A stretch of 64,000 nucleotides of DNA from the human T2T-CHM13v2.0 reference genome, Homo sapiens. The DNA is taken from assembly GCF_009914755.1 (NCBI RefSeq), contig NC_060943.1; one strand, given 5' to 3'. This document shows, in pieces, positions 1 to 14,300 of this stretch; position 1 is the stretch's first letter; each line of letters starts with the position of its first letter. The position numbers and the translations under genes were made by a program. Below the pieces are notes generated by a model. The model was not told where the DNA came from, did not search any database, and saw nothing but the letters and a program-made list of their open reading frames with translations.

Positions 1-825
1 TATAGAAACTAGACAGAATGATTCTCAGAAACTCCTTTGTGATGTGTGCGTTCAACTCACAGAGTTCAACCTTTCTTTTCATAGAGCAGTTAGGAAACAC
101 TCTGTTTGTAAAGTCTGCAAGTGGATCTTCAGACCTCTTTGAGGCCTTCGTTGGAAACGGGTTTTCTTCATATTATGCTAGACAGAAGAATTCTCAGTAA
201 CTTCCTTGTGTTGTGTGTATTCAACTCACAGAGTTGAACGATCCTTTACACAGAGCAGACTTGAAACACTCTTTTTGTGGAATTTGCAAGTGGAGATTTC
301 AGTCGTTTTGAGGTCAATGGTAGAATAGGAAATATCTTCGTATAAAAACTAGACAGAATGATTCTGAGAAACTCCTTTGTGATGTGTGCGTTCAACTCAC
401 AGAGTTTAACCTTTTTTTTCATAGAGCAGTTAGGAAACACTCTGTTTGTAAAGTCTGCAAGTGGATATGCAGACCTCTTTGAGGCCTTCGTTGGAAATGG
501 GATTTCTTCATATTATGCTAGACAGAAGAATTCTCAGTAACTTCCTTGTGTTGTGTGTATTCAACTCACAGAGTTGAACTATCCTTTACACAGAGCAGAC
601 TTGAACCACACTTTTTGTGGAATTTGCAAGTGGAGATTTCAGCCGCTTTGAGGTCAATGGTAGAATAGGAATTATCTTCCTATAGAAACTAGACAGAATG
701 ATTCTCAGAAAGTCCTTTGTGATGTGTACGTTCAACTCACAGAGTTTAACCTTTCTTTTCATAGAGCAGTTAGGAAACACTCTGTTTGTAAAGTCTGCAA
801 GTGGATATTCAGACCTCTTTGAGGC

Positions 826-842
826 CTTCGTTGGAAACGGGA
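826..842 (+). promoter_or_regulatory. CENP-B box (representative perfect copy; one box position per 340 bp throughout)
   Basis: CTTCGTTGGAAACGGGA matches the 17-bp CENP-B box, including the essential NTTCGNNNNANNCGGGN core. Homologous positions are at 146, 486, 1166, 1506 and so on; many copies are mutated. Confidence 0.95.
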
Positions 843-994
843 TTTCTTCATATTCTGCTAGACAGAAGAATTCTCAGTAACTTCCTTGTGTTGTGTGTAT
901 TCAACTCACAGAGTTGAACGATCCTTTACACAGAGCAGACTTGAACCACTCTTTTTGTGGAATTTGCAAGTGGAGATTTCAGCCGCTTTGAGGT

Positions 995-1011
995 CAATGG
1001 TAGAATAGGAA
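995..1011 (+). other. A-type monomer box (pJalpha position), representative copy
   Basis: CAATGGTAGAATAGGAA (or ...AAAAGGAA in other copies) sits at the position homologous to the CENP-B box in the alternate monomer and resembles the pJalpha motif CTAYGGTGRAAAAGGAA. Binding cannot be shown from sequence. Confidence 0.55.
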
Positions 1012-2346
1012 ATATCTTCCTATAGAAACTAGACAGAATGATTCTCAGAAACTCCTTTGTGATGTGTGCGTTCAACTCACAGAGTTCAACCTTTCTTTTC
1101 ATAGAGCAGTTTGGAAACACTCTGTTTGTAAAGTCTGCAAGTGGATCTTCAGACCTCTTTGAGGCCTTCGTTGGAAACGGGTTTTCTTCATATTATGCTA
1201 GACAGAAGAATTCTCAGTAACTTCCTTGTGTTGTGTGTATTCAACTCACAGAGTTGAACGATCCTTTACACAGAGCAGACTTGAAACACTCTTTTTGTGG
1301 AATTTGCAAGTGGATATTTCAGTCGTTTTGAGGTCAATGGTAGAATAGGAAATATCTTCGTATAAAAACTAGACAGAATGATTCTGAGAAACTCCTTTGT
1401 GATGTGTGCGTTCAACTCACAGAGTTTAACCTTTCTTTTCATAGAGCAGTTAGGAAACACTCTGTTTGAAAAGTCTGCAAGTGGATATTCAGACCTCTTT
1501 GATGCCTTCGTTGGAAACGGGATTTCTTCATATTATGCTAGACACAAGAATTCTCAGTAACTTCCTTGTGTTGTGTGTATTCAACTCACAGAGTTGAACG
1601 ATCTCTTACACAGAGCAGAGTTGAAACACTCTTTTTCTGGAATTTGCAAGTGGAGATTTCAGCCGCTTTGAGGTCAATGGTAGAATAGGAAATATCTTCC
1701 TATAGAAACTAGACAGAATGATTCTCAGAAACTCCTTCGTGATGTGTGCGTTCAACTCACAGAGTTTAACCTTTCTTTTCATAGAGCAGTTAGGAAACAC
1801 TCTGTTTGTAAAGTCTGAAAGTGGATATTCAGACCTCTTTGAGGCCTTCGTTGGAAACGGGTTTTCTTCATATTATGCTAGACAGAAGAATTCTCAGTAA
1901 ATTCCTTGTGTTGTGTGTATTCAACTCACAGAGTTGAACGATCCTTTACACAGAGCAGACTTGAAACACTCTTTTTGTGGAATTTGCAAGTGGAGATTTC
2001 AGCCGCTTTGAGGTCAATTGTAGAAAAGGATATATCTTCGTATAAAAACTAGACAGAATGATTCTCAGAAACTCCCTTGTGATGTGTGCGTTCAACTCAC
2101 AGAGTTTAACCTTTCTTTTCATAGAGCAGTTAGGGAACACTCTGTTTGTAAAGTCTGCAAGTGGATATTCAGACCTCCTTGAGGCCTTCGTTGGAAACGG
2201 GATTTCTTCATATTATGCTAGACAGAAGAATTCTCAGTAACTTCCTTGTGTTGTGTGTATTCAACTCACAGAGTTGAACGATCCTTTACACAGAGCAGAC
2301 TTGAAACACTCTTTTTGTGGAATTTGCAAGTGGAGATTTCAGCCGC

Positions 2347-5300
2347 TTTGAGGTCAATGGTAGAATAGGAAATATCTTCCTATAGAAACTAGACAGAATG
2401 ATTCTCAGAAACTCCTTTGTGATGTGTGCGTTCAACTCACAGAGTTTAACCTTTCTTTTCATAGAGCAGTTAGGAAACACTCTGTTTGTAAAGTCTGCAA
2501 GTGGATATTCAGACCTCTTTGAGGCCATCGTTGGAAACGGGATTTCTTCATATTCTGCTAGAGAGAAGAATTCTCAGTAACTTCCTTGTGTTGTGTGTAT
2601 TCAACTCACAGAGTTCAACGATGCTTTACACAGAGGAGACTTGAAACACACTTTTTGTTGAATTTGCAAGTGGAGATTTCAGCCGCTTTGAGGTCAATGG
2701 TAGAATAGGAAATATCTTCCTACAGAAACTAGACAGAATGATTCTCAGAAACTCCTTTGTGATGTGTGCGCTCAACTCACAGAGTTTAACCTTTCTTTTC
2801 ATAGAGTAGTTAGGAAACACTCTGTTTGTAAAGTCTGCAAGTGGATATTCAGACCTCTTTGAGGCCTTCGTAGGAAACGGGATTTCTTCATATTATGCTA
2901 GACAGAAGAATTCTCAGTAACTTCCTTGTGTTGTGTGTATTCAACTCACAGAGTTGAACGATCCTTTACACAGAGCAGACTTGAAACACTCTTTTTCTGG
3001 AATTTGCAAGTAGAGATTTCAGCCGCTTTGAGGTCAACGGTAGAATAGGAAATATCTTCCTATAGAAACTAGACAGAATGATTCTCAGAAACTCCTTTGT
3101 GATGTGTGCGTTCAACTCACAGAGTTTAACCTTTCTTTTCATAGAGCAGTTAGGAAACACTCTGTTTGTAAAGTCTGCAAGTGGATATACAGACCTCTTT
3201 GAGGCCTTCGTTGAAAACGGGATTTCTTCATATTATGCTAGACAGAAGAATTCTCAGTAACTTCCTTGTGTTGTGTGTATTCAACTCACAGAGTTCAACG
3301 ATCTCTTACACAGAGCAGAGTTGAAACACTCTTTTTCTGGAATTTGCAAGTGGAGATTTCAGCCGCTTTGAGGTCAATGGTAGAATAGGAAATATGTTCC
3401 TATAGAAACTAGACAGAATGATTCTCAGAAACTCCTTTGTGATGTGTGCGCTCAACTCACAGAGTTTAACCTTTCTTTTCATAGAGCAGTTAGGAAACAC
3501 TCTGTTTGTAAAGTCTGCAAGTGGATATTCAGACCTCTTTGAGGCCTTCGTAGGAAACGGGATTTCTTCATATTATGCTAGAGAGAAGAATTCTCAGTAA
3601 CTTCCTTGTGTTGTGTGTATTCAACTCACAGAGTTGAACGATCCTTTACACAGAGCATACTTGAAACACTCTTCTTGTGGAATTTGCAAGTGGAGATTTC
3701 AGCCGATTTGAGGTCAATGGTAGAATAGGAAATATCTTCGTATAAAAACTAGACAGAATAATTCTCAGAAACTCCTTTGTGATGTGTGCGTTCAACTCAC
3801 AGAGTTTAACCTTTCTTTTCATAGAGCAGTTCGGAAACACTCTGTTTGTAAAGTCTGCAAGTGGATATTCAGACCTCCCTGAGGCCTTCTTTGGAAACGG
3901 GATTTCTTCATATTATGCTAGACAGAAGAATTCTCAGTAACTTCCTTGTGTTGTGTGTATTCAACTCACAGAGTTGAACAATCCTTTACACAGAGCAGAC
4001 TTGAAACACTCTTTTTGTGGAATTTGCAAGTGGAGATTTCAGCCGCTTTGAGGTCAATGGTAGAAAAGGAAATATCTTCGTATAAAAACTAGACAGAATC
4101 ATTCTCAGAAACTCCCTTGTGATGTGTGCGTTCAACTCACAGAGTTTAACCTTTCTTTTCATAGAGCAGTTAGGAAACACTCTGTTTGTAAAGTCTGCAA
4201 GTTGATATTCAGACCTCCTTGAGGCCTTCGTTGGAAACGGGTTTTCTTCATATTATGCTAGACAGAAGAATTCTCAGTAACTTCCTTGTGTTGTGTGTAT
4301 TCAACTCACAGAGTTGAACGATCCTTTACACAGAGCATACTTGAAACACTCTTCTTGTGGAATTTGCAAGTGGAGATTTCAGCCGATTTGAGGTCAATGG
4401 TAGAATAGGAAATATCTTCGTATAAAAACTAGACAGAATGATTCTCAGAAAGTCCTTTGTGATGTGTGCGTTCAACTCACAGAGTTTAACCTTTCTTTTC
4501 ATAGAGCAGTTCGGAAACACTCTGTTTGTAAAGTCTGCAAGTGGATATTCAGACTTCCCTGAGGCCTTCTTTGGAAACTGGATTTCTTCATATTATGCTA
4601 GACAGAAGAATTCTCAGTAACTTCCTTGTGTTGTGTGTATTCAACTCACAGAGTTGAACGATCCTTTACACAGAGCAGACTTGAAACACTCTTTTTGTGG
4701 AATTTGCAAGTGGAGATTTCAGCCGCTTTGACGTCAGTGGTAGAAAAGGAAATATCTTCGTATAAAAACTAGACAGAATCATTCTCAGAAACTCCTTTGT
4801 GATGTGTGCGTTCAACTCACAGAGTTTAACCTTTCTTTTCATAGAGCAGTTAGGAAACACTCTGTTTATAAAGTCTGCAAGTGGGTATTCAGACCTCTTT
4901 GAGGCCTTAGTTGGAAACGGGATTTCTTCATATTCTGCTAGACAGAAGAATTCTCAGTAACTTCCTTGTGTTGTGTGTATTCAACTCACAGAGTTCAACG
5001 ATCCTTTACACAGAGCAGACTTGAAACACTCTTTTTGTGGAATTTGCAAGTGGAGATTTCAGCCGCTTTGAGGTCAATGTTAGAATAGGAAATATCTTCC
5101 TATAGAAACTAGACAGAATGATTCTCAGAAACTCCTTTGTGATGTGTGGTTCAACTCACAGAGTTTAACCTTTCTTTTCATAGAGCAGTTAGGAAACACT
5201 CTGTTTGTAAAGTCTGCAAGTGGATATTCAGACCTCTTTGAGACCTTCGTTGGAAACGGGATTTCTTCATATTCTTCTAGACAGAAGAATTCTCAGTAAC

Positions 5301-8300
5301 TTCCTTGTGTTGTGTGTATTCAACTCACAGAGTTGAACGATCCTTTACACAGAGCAGACTTGAACCACTCTTTTTGTGGAATTTGCAAGTGGAGATTTCA
5401 GCCGCTTTGAGGTCAATGGTAGAATAGGAAATATCTTCCTATAGAAACTAGACAGAATGATTCTCAGAAACTCCTTTGTGATGTGTGCGTTCAACTCACA
5501 GAGTTTAACCTTTCTTTTCATAGAGCAGTTAGGAAACACTCTGTTTGTAAAGTCTGCAAGTGGATATTCAGACCTCTTTGAGGCCTTCTTTGGAAACGGG
5601 ATTTCTTCATATTATGCTATACACAAGAATTCTCAGTAACTTCCTTGTGTTGTGTGTATTCAACTCACAGAGTTGAACGATCTCTTACACAGAGCAGAGT
5701 TGAAACACTCTTTTTCTGGAATTTGCAAGTGGAGATTTCAGCCGCTTTGAGGTCAAAGGTAGAATAGGAAATATCTTCCTATAGAAACTAGACAGAATGA
5801 TTCTCAGAAACTCCTTTGTGATGTGTGCGTTCAACACACAGAGTTTAACCTTTCTTTTCATAGAGCAGTTAGGGAACACTCTGTTTGTAAAGTCTGCAAG
5901 TGGATATTCAGACCTCTTTGAGGCCGTCGTTGGAAACGGGATTTCTTCATATTATGCTAGACAGAAGAATTCTCAGTAAATTCCTTCTGTTGTGTGTATT
6001 GAACTCACAGAGTTGAACGATCCTTTACACAGAGCAGACTTGAAACACTCTTTTTGTGGAATTTGCAAGTGGAGATTTCAGCCGCTTTGAGGTCAATTGT
6101 AGAAAAGGAAATGTCTTCGTATAAAAACTAGACAGAATGATTCTCAGAAACTCCCTTGTGATGTGTGCGTTCAACTCACAGAGTTTAACCTTTCTTTTCA
6201 TAGAGCAGTTAGGAGACACTCTGTTTGTAAAGTCTGCAAGTGGATATTCGGACCTCTTTGAGGCCTTCATTGGAAACGGGATTTCTTCATATTCTGCTAG
6301 ACAGAAGAATTCTCAGTAACTTCCTTGTGTTGTGTGTATTCAACTCACAGAGTTGAACGATCCTTTACACAGAGCAGACTTGAAACACTCTTTTTGTTGA
6401 ATGTGCAAGTGGAGATTTCAGCCGTTTTGAGGTCAATGGTAGAATAGGAAATATCTTCCTATAGAAACTAGACAGAATGATTCTCAGAAACTCCTTTGTG
6501 ATGTGTGCGTTCAACTCACAGAGTTTAACCTTTCTTTTCATAGAGCAGTTAGGAAACACTCTGTTTGTAAAGTCTGCAAGTGGATATTCAGACCTCTTTG
6601 AGGCCTTCGTTAGAAATGGGATTTCTTCATATTATGCTAGACAGAAAAATTCTCAGTAACTTCCTTGTGTTGTGTGTATTCAACTCACAGAGTTGAACGA
6701 TCCTTTACACAGAGCAGACTTGAAACACGCTTTTTCTGGAATTTGCAAGTGGAGATTTCAGCCGCTTTGAGGTCAATGGCAGAATAGGAAATATCTTCCT
6801 ATAGAAACTAGACAGAATGATTCTCAGAAACTCCTTTGTGATGTGTGCGTTCAACTCACAGAGTTTAAGCTTTCTTTTCATAGAGCAGTTAGGAAACACT
6901 CTGTTTGTAAAGTCTGCAAGTGGATATTCAGACCTCCTTGAGGCCTTCGTTGGAAACGGTATTTCTTCATATGATGCTAGACAGAAGAATTCTCAGTAAC
7001 TTCCTTGTGTTGTGTGTATTCAACTCACTGAGTTGAACGATCCTTTACACAGAACATACTAGAAACACTCTTCTTGTGGAATTTGCAAGTGGAGATTTCA
7101 GCCGCTTTGAGGTCAATGGTAGAATAGGAAATATCTTCGTATAAAAATTAGATAGAATTATTCTCAGAAACTCCTTTGTGATGTGTGCGTTCAACTCACA
7201 GAGTTTAACCTTTCTTTTCATAGAGCAGTTAGGGAACACTCTGTTTGTAACGTCTGCAGGTGGATATTCAGACCTCTTTGAGGCCTTCGTTGGAAACGGG
7301 ATTTCTTCATATTCTGCTAGACAGAAGAATTCTCAGTAACTTCCTTGTGTTGTGTGTATTCAACTCACAGAGTTGAACGATCCTTTACACAGAGCATACT
7401 TGAAACAATCTTCTTGTGGAATTTGCAAGTGGAGATTTCAGCCGCTTTGAGGTCAATGGTAGAATAGGAAATATCTTCCTATAGAAACTAGACAGAATGA
7501 TTCTCAGAAACTCCCTTGTGATGTGTGCGTTCAACTCACAGAGTTTAACCTTTCTTTTCATAGAGCAGTTAGGAAACACTCTGTTTGTAAAGTCTGCAAG
7601 TGGATATTCAGACCTCCTTGAGGCCTTCGTTGGAAACGGGATTTCTTCATATTCTGCTAGAGAGAAGAATTCTCAGTAAATTCCTTGTGTTGTGTGTATT
7701 CAACTCACAGAGTTGAACGATCCTTTACACAGAGCAGACTTGAAACACTCTTTTTGTGGAATTTGCAAGTGGAGATTTCTGCCGCTTTGAGGTCAATTGT
7801 AGAAAAGGAAATATCTTCGTATAAAAACTAGACAGAATGATTCTCAGAAACTCCCTTGTGATGTGTGCGTTCAACTCACAGAGTTTAACCTTTCTTTTCA
7901 TAGAGCAGTTAGGAAACACTCTGTTTGTAAAGTCTGCAAGTGGATATTCAGACCTCCTTGAGGCCTTCGTTGGAAACGGGATTTCTTCATATTATGCTAG
8001 ACAGAAGAATTCTCAGTAACTTCCTTGTGTTGTGTGTATTCAACTCACAGAGTTGAACGATCCTTTACACAGAGCAGACTTGAAACACTCTTCTTGTGGA
8101 ATTTGCAAGTGGAGATTTCAGCCGGTTTGAGGTCAATGGTAGAATAGGAAATATCTTCCTATAGAAACTAGACAGAATGATTCTCAGAAACTCCTTTGTG
8201 ATGTGTGCGTTCAACTCACAGAGTTTAACCTTTCTTTTCATAGAGCAGTTAGGAAACACTCTGTTTGTAAAGTCTGCAAGTGGATATTCAGACCTCTTTG

Positions 8301-11300
8301 AGGCCATCGTTGGAAACGGGATTTCTTCATATTCTGCTAGAGAGAAGAATTCTCAGTAACTTCCTTGTGTTGTGTGTATTCAACTCACAGAGTTCAACGA
8401 TGCTTTACACAGAGGAGACTTGAAACACACTTTTTGTTGAATTTGCAAGTGGAGATTTCAGCCGCTTTGAGGTCAATGGTAGAATAGGAAATATCTTCCT
8501 ACAGAAACTAGACAGAATGATTCTCAGAAACTCCTTTGTGATGTGTGCGCTCAACTCACAGAGTTTAACCTTTCTTTTCATAGAGTAGTTAGGAAACACT
8601 CTGTTTGTAAAGTCTGCAAGTGGATATTCAGACCTCTTTGAGGCCTTCGTAGGAAACGGGATTTCTTCATATTATGCTAGACAGAAGAATTCTCAGTAAC
8701 TTCCTTGTGTTGTGTGTATTCAACTCACAGAGTTGAACGATCCTTTACACAGAGCAGACTTGAAACACTCTTTTTCTGGAATTTGCAAGTAGAGATTTCA
8801 GCCGCTTTGAGGTCAACGGTAGAATAGGAAATATCTTCCTATAGAAACTAGACAGAATGATTCTCAGAAACTCCTTTGTGATGTGTGCGTTCAACTCACA
8901 GAGTTTAACCTTTCTTTTCATAGAGCAGTTAGGAAACACTCTGTTTGTAAAGTCTGCAAGTGGATATACAGACCTCTTTCAGGCCTTCGTTGAAAACGGG
9001 ATTTCTTCATATTATGCTAGACAGAAGAATTCTCAGTAACTTCCTTGTGTTGTGTGTATTCAACTCACAGAGTTCAACGATCTCTTACACAGAGCAGAGT
9101 TGAAACACTCTTTTTCTGGAATTTGCAAGTGGAGATTTCAGCCGCTTTGAGGTCAATGGTAGAATAGGAAATATGTTCCTATAGAAACTAGACAGAATGA
9201 TTCTCAGAAACTCCTTTGTGATGTGTGCGCTCAACTCACAGAGTTTAACCTTTCTTTTCATAGAGCAGTTAGGAAACACTCTGTTTGTAAAGTCTGCAAG
9301 TGGATATTCAGACCTCTTTGAGGCCTTCGTAGGAAACGGGATTTCTTCATATTATGCTAGAGAGAAGAATTCTCAGTAACTTCCTTGTGTTGTGTGTATT
9401 CAACTCACAGAGTTGAACGATCCTTTACACAGAGCATACTTGAAACACTCTTCTTGTGGAATTTGCAAGTGGAGATTTCAGCCGATTTGAGGTCAATGGT
9501 AGAATAGGAAATATCTTCGTATAAAAACTAGACAGAATAATTCTCAGAAACTCCTTTGTGATGTGTGCGTTCAACTCACAGAGTTTAACCTTTCTTTTCA
9601 TAGAGCAGTTCGGAAACACTCTGTTTGTAAAGTCTGCAAGTGGATATTCAGACCTCCCTGAGGCCTTCTTTGGAAACGGGATTTCTTCATATTATGCTAG
9701 ACAGAAGAATTCTCAGTAACTTCCTTGTGTTGTGTGTATTCAACTCACAGAGTTGAACAATCCTTTACACAGAGCAGACTTGAAACACTCTTTTTGTGGA
9801 ATTTGCAAGTGGAGATTTCAGCCGCTTTGAGGTCAATGGTAGAAAAGGAAATATCTTCGTATAAAAACTAGACAGAATCATTCTCAGAAACTCCCTTGTG
9901 ATGTGTGCGTTCAACTCACAGAGTTTAACCTTTCTTTTCATAGAGCAGTTAGGAAACACTCTGTTTGTAAAGTCTGCAAGTTGATATTCAGACCTCCTTG
10001 AGGCCTTCGTTGGAAACGGGTTTTCTTCATATTATGCTAGACAGAAGAATTCTCAGTAACTTCCTTGTGTTGTGTGTATTCAACTCACAGAGTTGAACGA
10101 TCCTTTACACAGAGCATACTTGAAACACTCTTCTTGTGGAATTTGCAAGTGGAGATTTCAGCCGATTTGAGGTCAATGGTAGAATAGGAAATATCTTCGT
10201 ATAAAAACTAGACAGAATGATTCTCAGAAAGTCCTTTGTGATGTGTGCGTTCAACTCACAGAGTTTAACCTTTCTTTTCATAGAGCAGTTCGGAAACACT
10301 CTGTTTGTAAAGTCTGCAAGTGGATATTCAGACTTCCCTGAGGCCTTCTTTGGAAACTGGATTTCTTCATATTATGCTAGACAGAAGAATTCTCAGTAAC
10401 TTCCTTGTGTTGTGTGTATTCAACTCACAGAGTTGAACGATCCTTTACACAGAGCAGACTTGAAACACTCTTTTTGTGGAATTTGCAAGTGGAGATTTCA
10501 GCCGCTTTGACGTCAGTGGTAGAAAAGGAAATATCTTCGTATAAAAACTAGACAGAATCATTCTCAGAAACTCCTTTGTGATGTGTGCGTTCAACTCACA
10601 GAGTTTAACCTTTCTTTTCATAGAGCAGTTAGGAAACACTCTGTTTATAAAGTCTGCAAGTGGGTATTCAGACCTCTTTGAGGCCTTAGTTGGAAACGGG
10701 ATTTCTTCATATTCTGCTAGACAGAAGAATTCTCAGTAACTTCCTTGTGTTGTGTGTATTCAACTCACAGAGTTCAACGATCCTTTACACAGAGCAGACT
10801 TGAAACACTCTTTTTGTGGAATTTGCAAGTGGAGATTTCAGCCGCTTTGAGGTCAATGTTAGAATAGGAAATATCTTCCTATAGAAACTAGACAGAATGA
10901 TTCTCAGAAACTCCTTTGTGATGTGTGGTTCAACTCACAGAGTTTAACCTTTCTTTTCATAGAGCAGTTAGGAAACACTCTGTTTGTAAAGTCTGCAAGT
11001 GGATATTCAGACCTCTTTGAGACCTTCGTTGGAAACGGGATTTCTTCATATTCTTCTAGACAGAAGAATTCTCAGTAACTTCCTTGTGTTGTGTGTATTC
11101 AACTCACAGAGTTGAACGATCCTTTACACAGAGCAGACTTGAACCACTCTTTTTGTGGAATTTGCAAGTGGAGATTTCAGCCGCTTTGAGGTCAATGGTA
11201 GAATAGGAAATATCTTCCTATAGAAACAAGACAGAATGATTCTCAGAAACTCCTTTGTGATGTGTGCGTTCAACTCACAGAGTTTAACCTTTCTTTTCAT

Positions 11301-14300
11301 AGAGCAGTTAGGAAACACTCTGTTTGTAAAGTCTGCAAGTGGATATTCAGACCTCTTTGAGGCCTTCTTTGGAAACGGGATTTCTTCATATTATGCTATA
11401 CACAAGAATTCTCAGTAACTTCCTTGTGTTGTGTGTATTCAACTCACAGAGTTGAACGATCTCTTACACAGAGCAGAGTTGAAACACTCTTTTTCTGGAA
11501 TTTGCAAGTGGAGATTTCAGCCGCTTTGAGGTCAAAGGTAGAATAGGAAATATCTTCCTATAGAAACTAGACAGAATGATTCTCAGAAACTCCTTTGTGA
11601 TGTGTGCGTTCAACACACAGAGTTTAACCTTTCTTTTCATAGAGCAGTTAGGGAACACTCTGTTTGTAAAGTCTGCAAGTGGATATTCAGACCTCTTTGA
11701 GGCCGTCGTTGGAAACGGGATTTCTTCATATTATGCTAGACAGAAGAATTCTCAGTAAATTCCTTCTGTTGTGTGTATTGAACTCACAGAGTTGAACGAT
11801 CCTTTACACAGAGCAGACTTGAAACACTCTTTTTGTGGAATTTGCAAGTGGAGATTTCAGCCGCTTTGAGGTCAATTGTAGAAAAGGAAATGTCTTCGTA
11901 TAAAAACTAGACAGAATGATTCTCAGAAACTCCCTTGTGATGTGTGCGTTCAACTCACAGAGTTTAACCTTTCTTTTCATAGAGCAGTTAGGAGACACTC
12001 TGTTTGTAAAGTCTGCAAGTGGATATTCGGACCTCTTTGAGGCCTTCATTGGAAACGGGATTTCTTCATATTCTGCTAGACAGAAGAATTCTCAGTAACT
12101 TCCTTGTGTTGTGTGTATTCAACTCACAGAGTTGAACGATCCTTTACACAGAGCAGACTTGAAACACTCTTTTTGTTGAATGTGCAAGTGGAGATTTCAG
12201 CCGTTTTGAGGTCAATGGTAGAATAGGAAATATCTTCCTATAGAAACTAGACAGAATGATTCTCAGAAACTCCTTTGTGATGTGTGCGTTCAACTCACAG
12301 AGTTTAACCTTTCTTTTCATAGAGCAGTTAGGAAACACTCTGTTTGTAAAGTCTGCAAGTGGATATTCAGACCTCTTTGAGGCCTTCGTTAGAAATGGGA
12401 TTTCTTCATATTATGCTAGACAGAAAAATTCTCAGTAACTTCCTTGTGTTGTGTGTATTCAACTCACAGAGTTGAACGATCCTTTACACAGAGCAGACTT
12501 GAAACACGCTTTTTCTGGAATTTGCAAGTGGAGATTTCAGCCGCTTTGAGGTCAATGGCAGAATAGGAAATATCTTCCTATAGAAACTAGACAGAATGAT
12601 TCTCAGAAACTCCTTTGTGATGTGTGCGTTCAACTCACAGAGTTTAAGCTTTCTTTTCATAGAGCAGTTAGGAAACACTCTGTTTGTAAAGTCTGCAAGT
12701 GGATATTCAGACCTCCTTGAGGCCTTCGTTGGAAACGGTATTTCTTCATATGATGCTAGACAGAAGAATTCTCAGTAACTTCCTTGTGTTGTGTGTATTC
12801 AACTCACTGAGTTGAACGATCCTTTACACAGAACATACTAGAAACACTCTTCTTGTGGAATTTGCAAGTGGAGATTTCAGCCGCTTTGAGGTCAATGGTA
12901 GAATAGGAAATATCTTCGTATAAAAATTAGATAGAATTATTCTCAGAAACTCCTTTGTGATGTGTGCGTTCAACTCACAGAGTTTAACCTTTCTTTTCAT
13001 AGAGCAGTTAGGGAACACTCTGTTTGTAACGTCTGCAGGTGGATATTCAGACCTCTTTGAGGCCTTCGTTGGAAACGGGATTTCTTCATATTCTGCTAGA
13101 CAGAAGAATTCTCAGTAACTTCCTTGTGTTGTGTGTATTCAACTCACAGAGTTGAACGATCCTTTACACAGAGCATACTTGAAACAATCTTCTTGTGGAA
13201 TTTGCAAGTGGAGATTTCAGCCGCTTTGAGGTCAATGGTAGAATAGGAAATATCTTCCTATAGAAACTAGACAGAATGATTCTCAGAAACTCCCTTGTGA
13301 TGTGTGCGTTCAACTCACAGAGTTTAACCTTTCTTTTCATAGAGCAGTTAGGAAACACTCTGTTTGTAAAGTCTGCAAGTGGATATTCAGACCTCCTTGA
13401 GGCCTTCGTTGGAAACGGGATTTCTTCATATTCTGCTAGAGAGAAGAATTCTCAGTAAATTCCTTGTGTTGTGTGTATTCAACTCACAGAGTTGAACGAT
13501 CCTTTACACAGAGCAGACTTGAAACACTCTTTTTGTGGAATTTGCAAGTGGAGATTTCTGCCGCTTTGAGGTCAATTGTAGAAAAGGAAATATCTTCGTA
13601 TAAAAACTAGACAGAATGATTCTCAGAAACTCCCTTGTGATGTGTGCGTTCAACTCACAGAGTTTAACCTTTCTTTTCATAGAGCAGTTAGGAAACACTC
13701 TGTTTGTAAAGTCTGCAAGTGGATATTCAGACCTCCTTGAGGCCTTCGTTGGAAACGGGATTTCTTCATATTATGCTAGACAGAAGAATTCTCAGTAACT
13801 TCCTTGTGTTGTGTGTATTCAACTCACAGAGTTGAACGATCCTTTACACAGAGCAGACTTGAAACACTCTTCTTGTGGAATTTGCAAGTGGAGATTTCAG
13901 CCGGTTTGAGGTCAATGGTAGAATAGGAAATATCTTCCTATAGAAACTAGACAGAATGATTCTCAGAAACTCCTTTGTGATGTGTGCGTTCAACTCACAG
14001 AGTTTAACCTTTCTTTTCATAGAGCAGTTAGGAAACACTCTGTTTGTAAAGTCTGCAAGTGGATATTCAGACCTCTTTGAGGCCATCGTTGGAAACGGGA
14101 TTTCTTCATATTCTGCTAGAGAGAAGAATTCTCAGTAACTTCCTTGTGTTGTGTGTATTCAACTCACAGAGTTCAACGATGCTTTACACAGAGGAGACTT
14201 GAAACACACTTTTTGTTGAATTTGCAAGTGGAGATTTCAGCCGCTTTGAGGTCAATGGTAGAATAGGAAATATCTTCCTACAGAAACTAGACAGAATGAT

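Noticed and set aside
2866-3562. Box variants CTTCGTAGG and CTTCGTTGAAAA as broken CENP-B boxes
   Set aside because: The changes fall in non-essential N positions of NTTCGNNNNANNCGGGN, so they were counted as intact.
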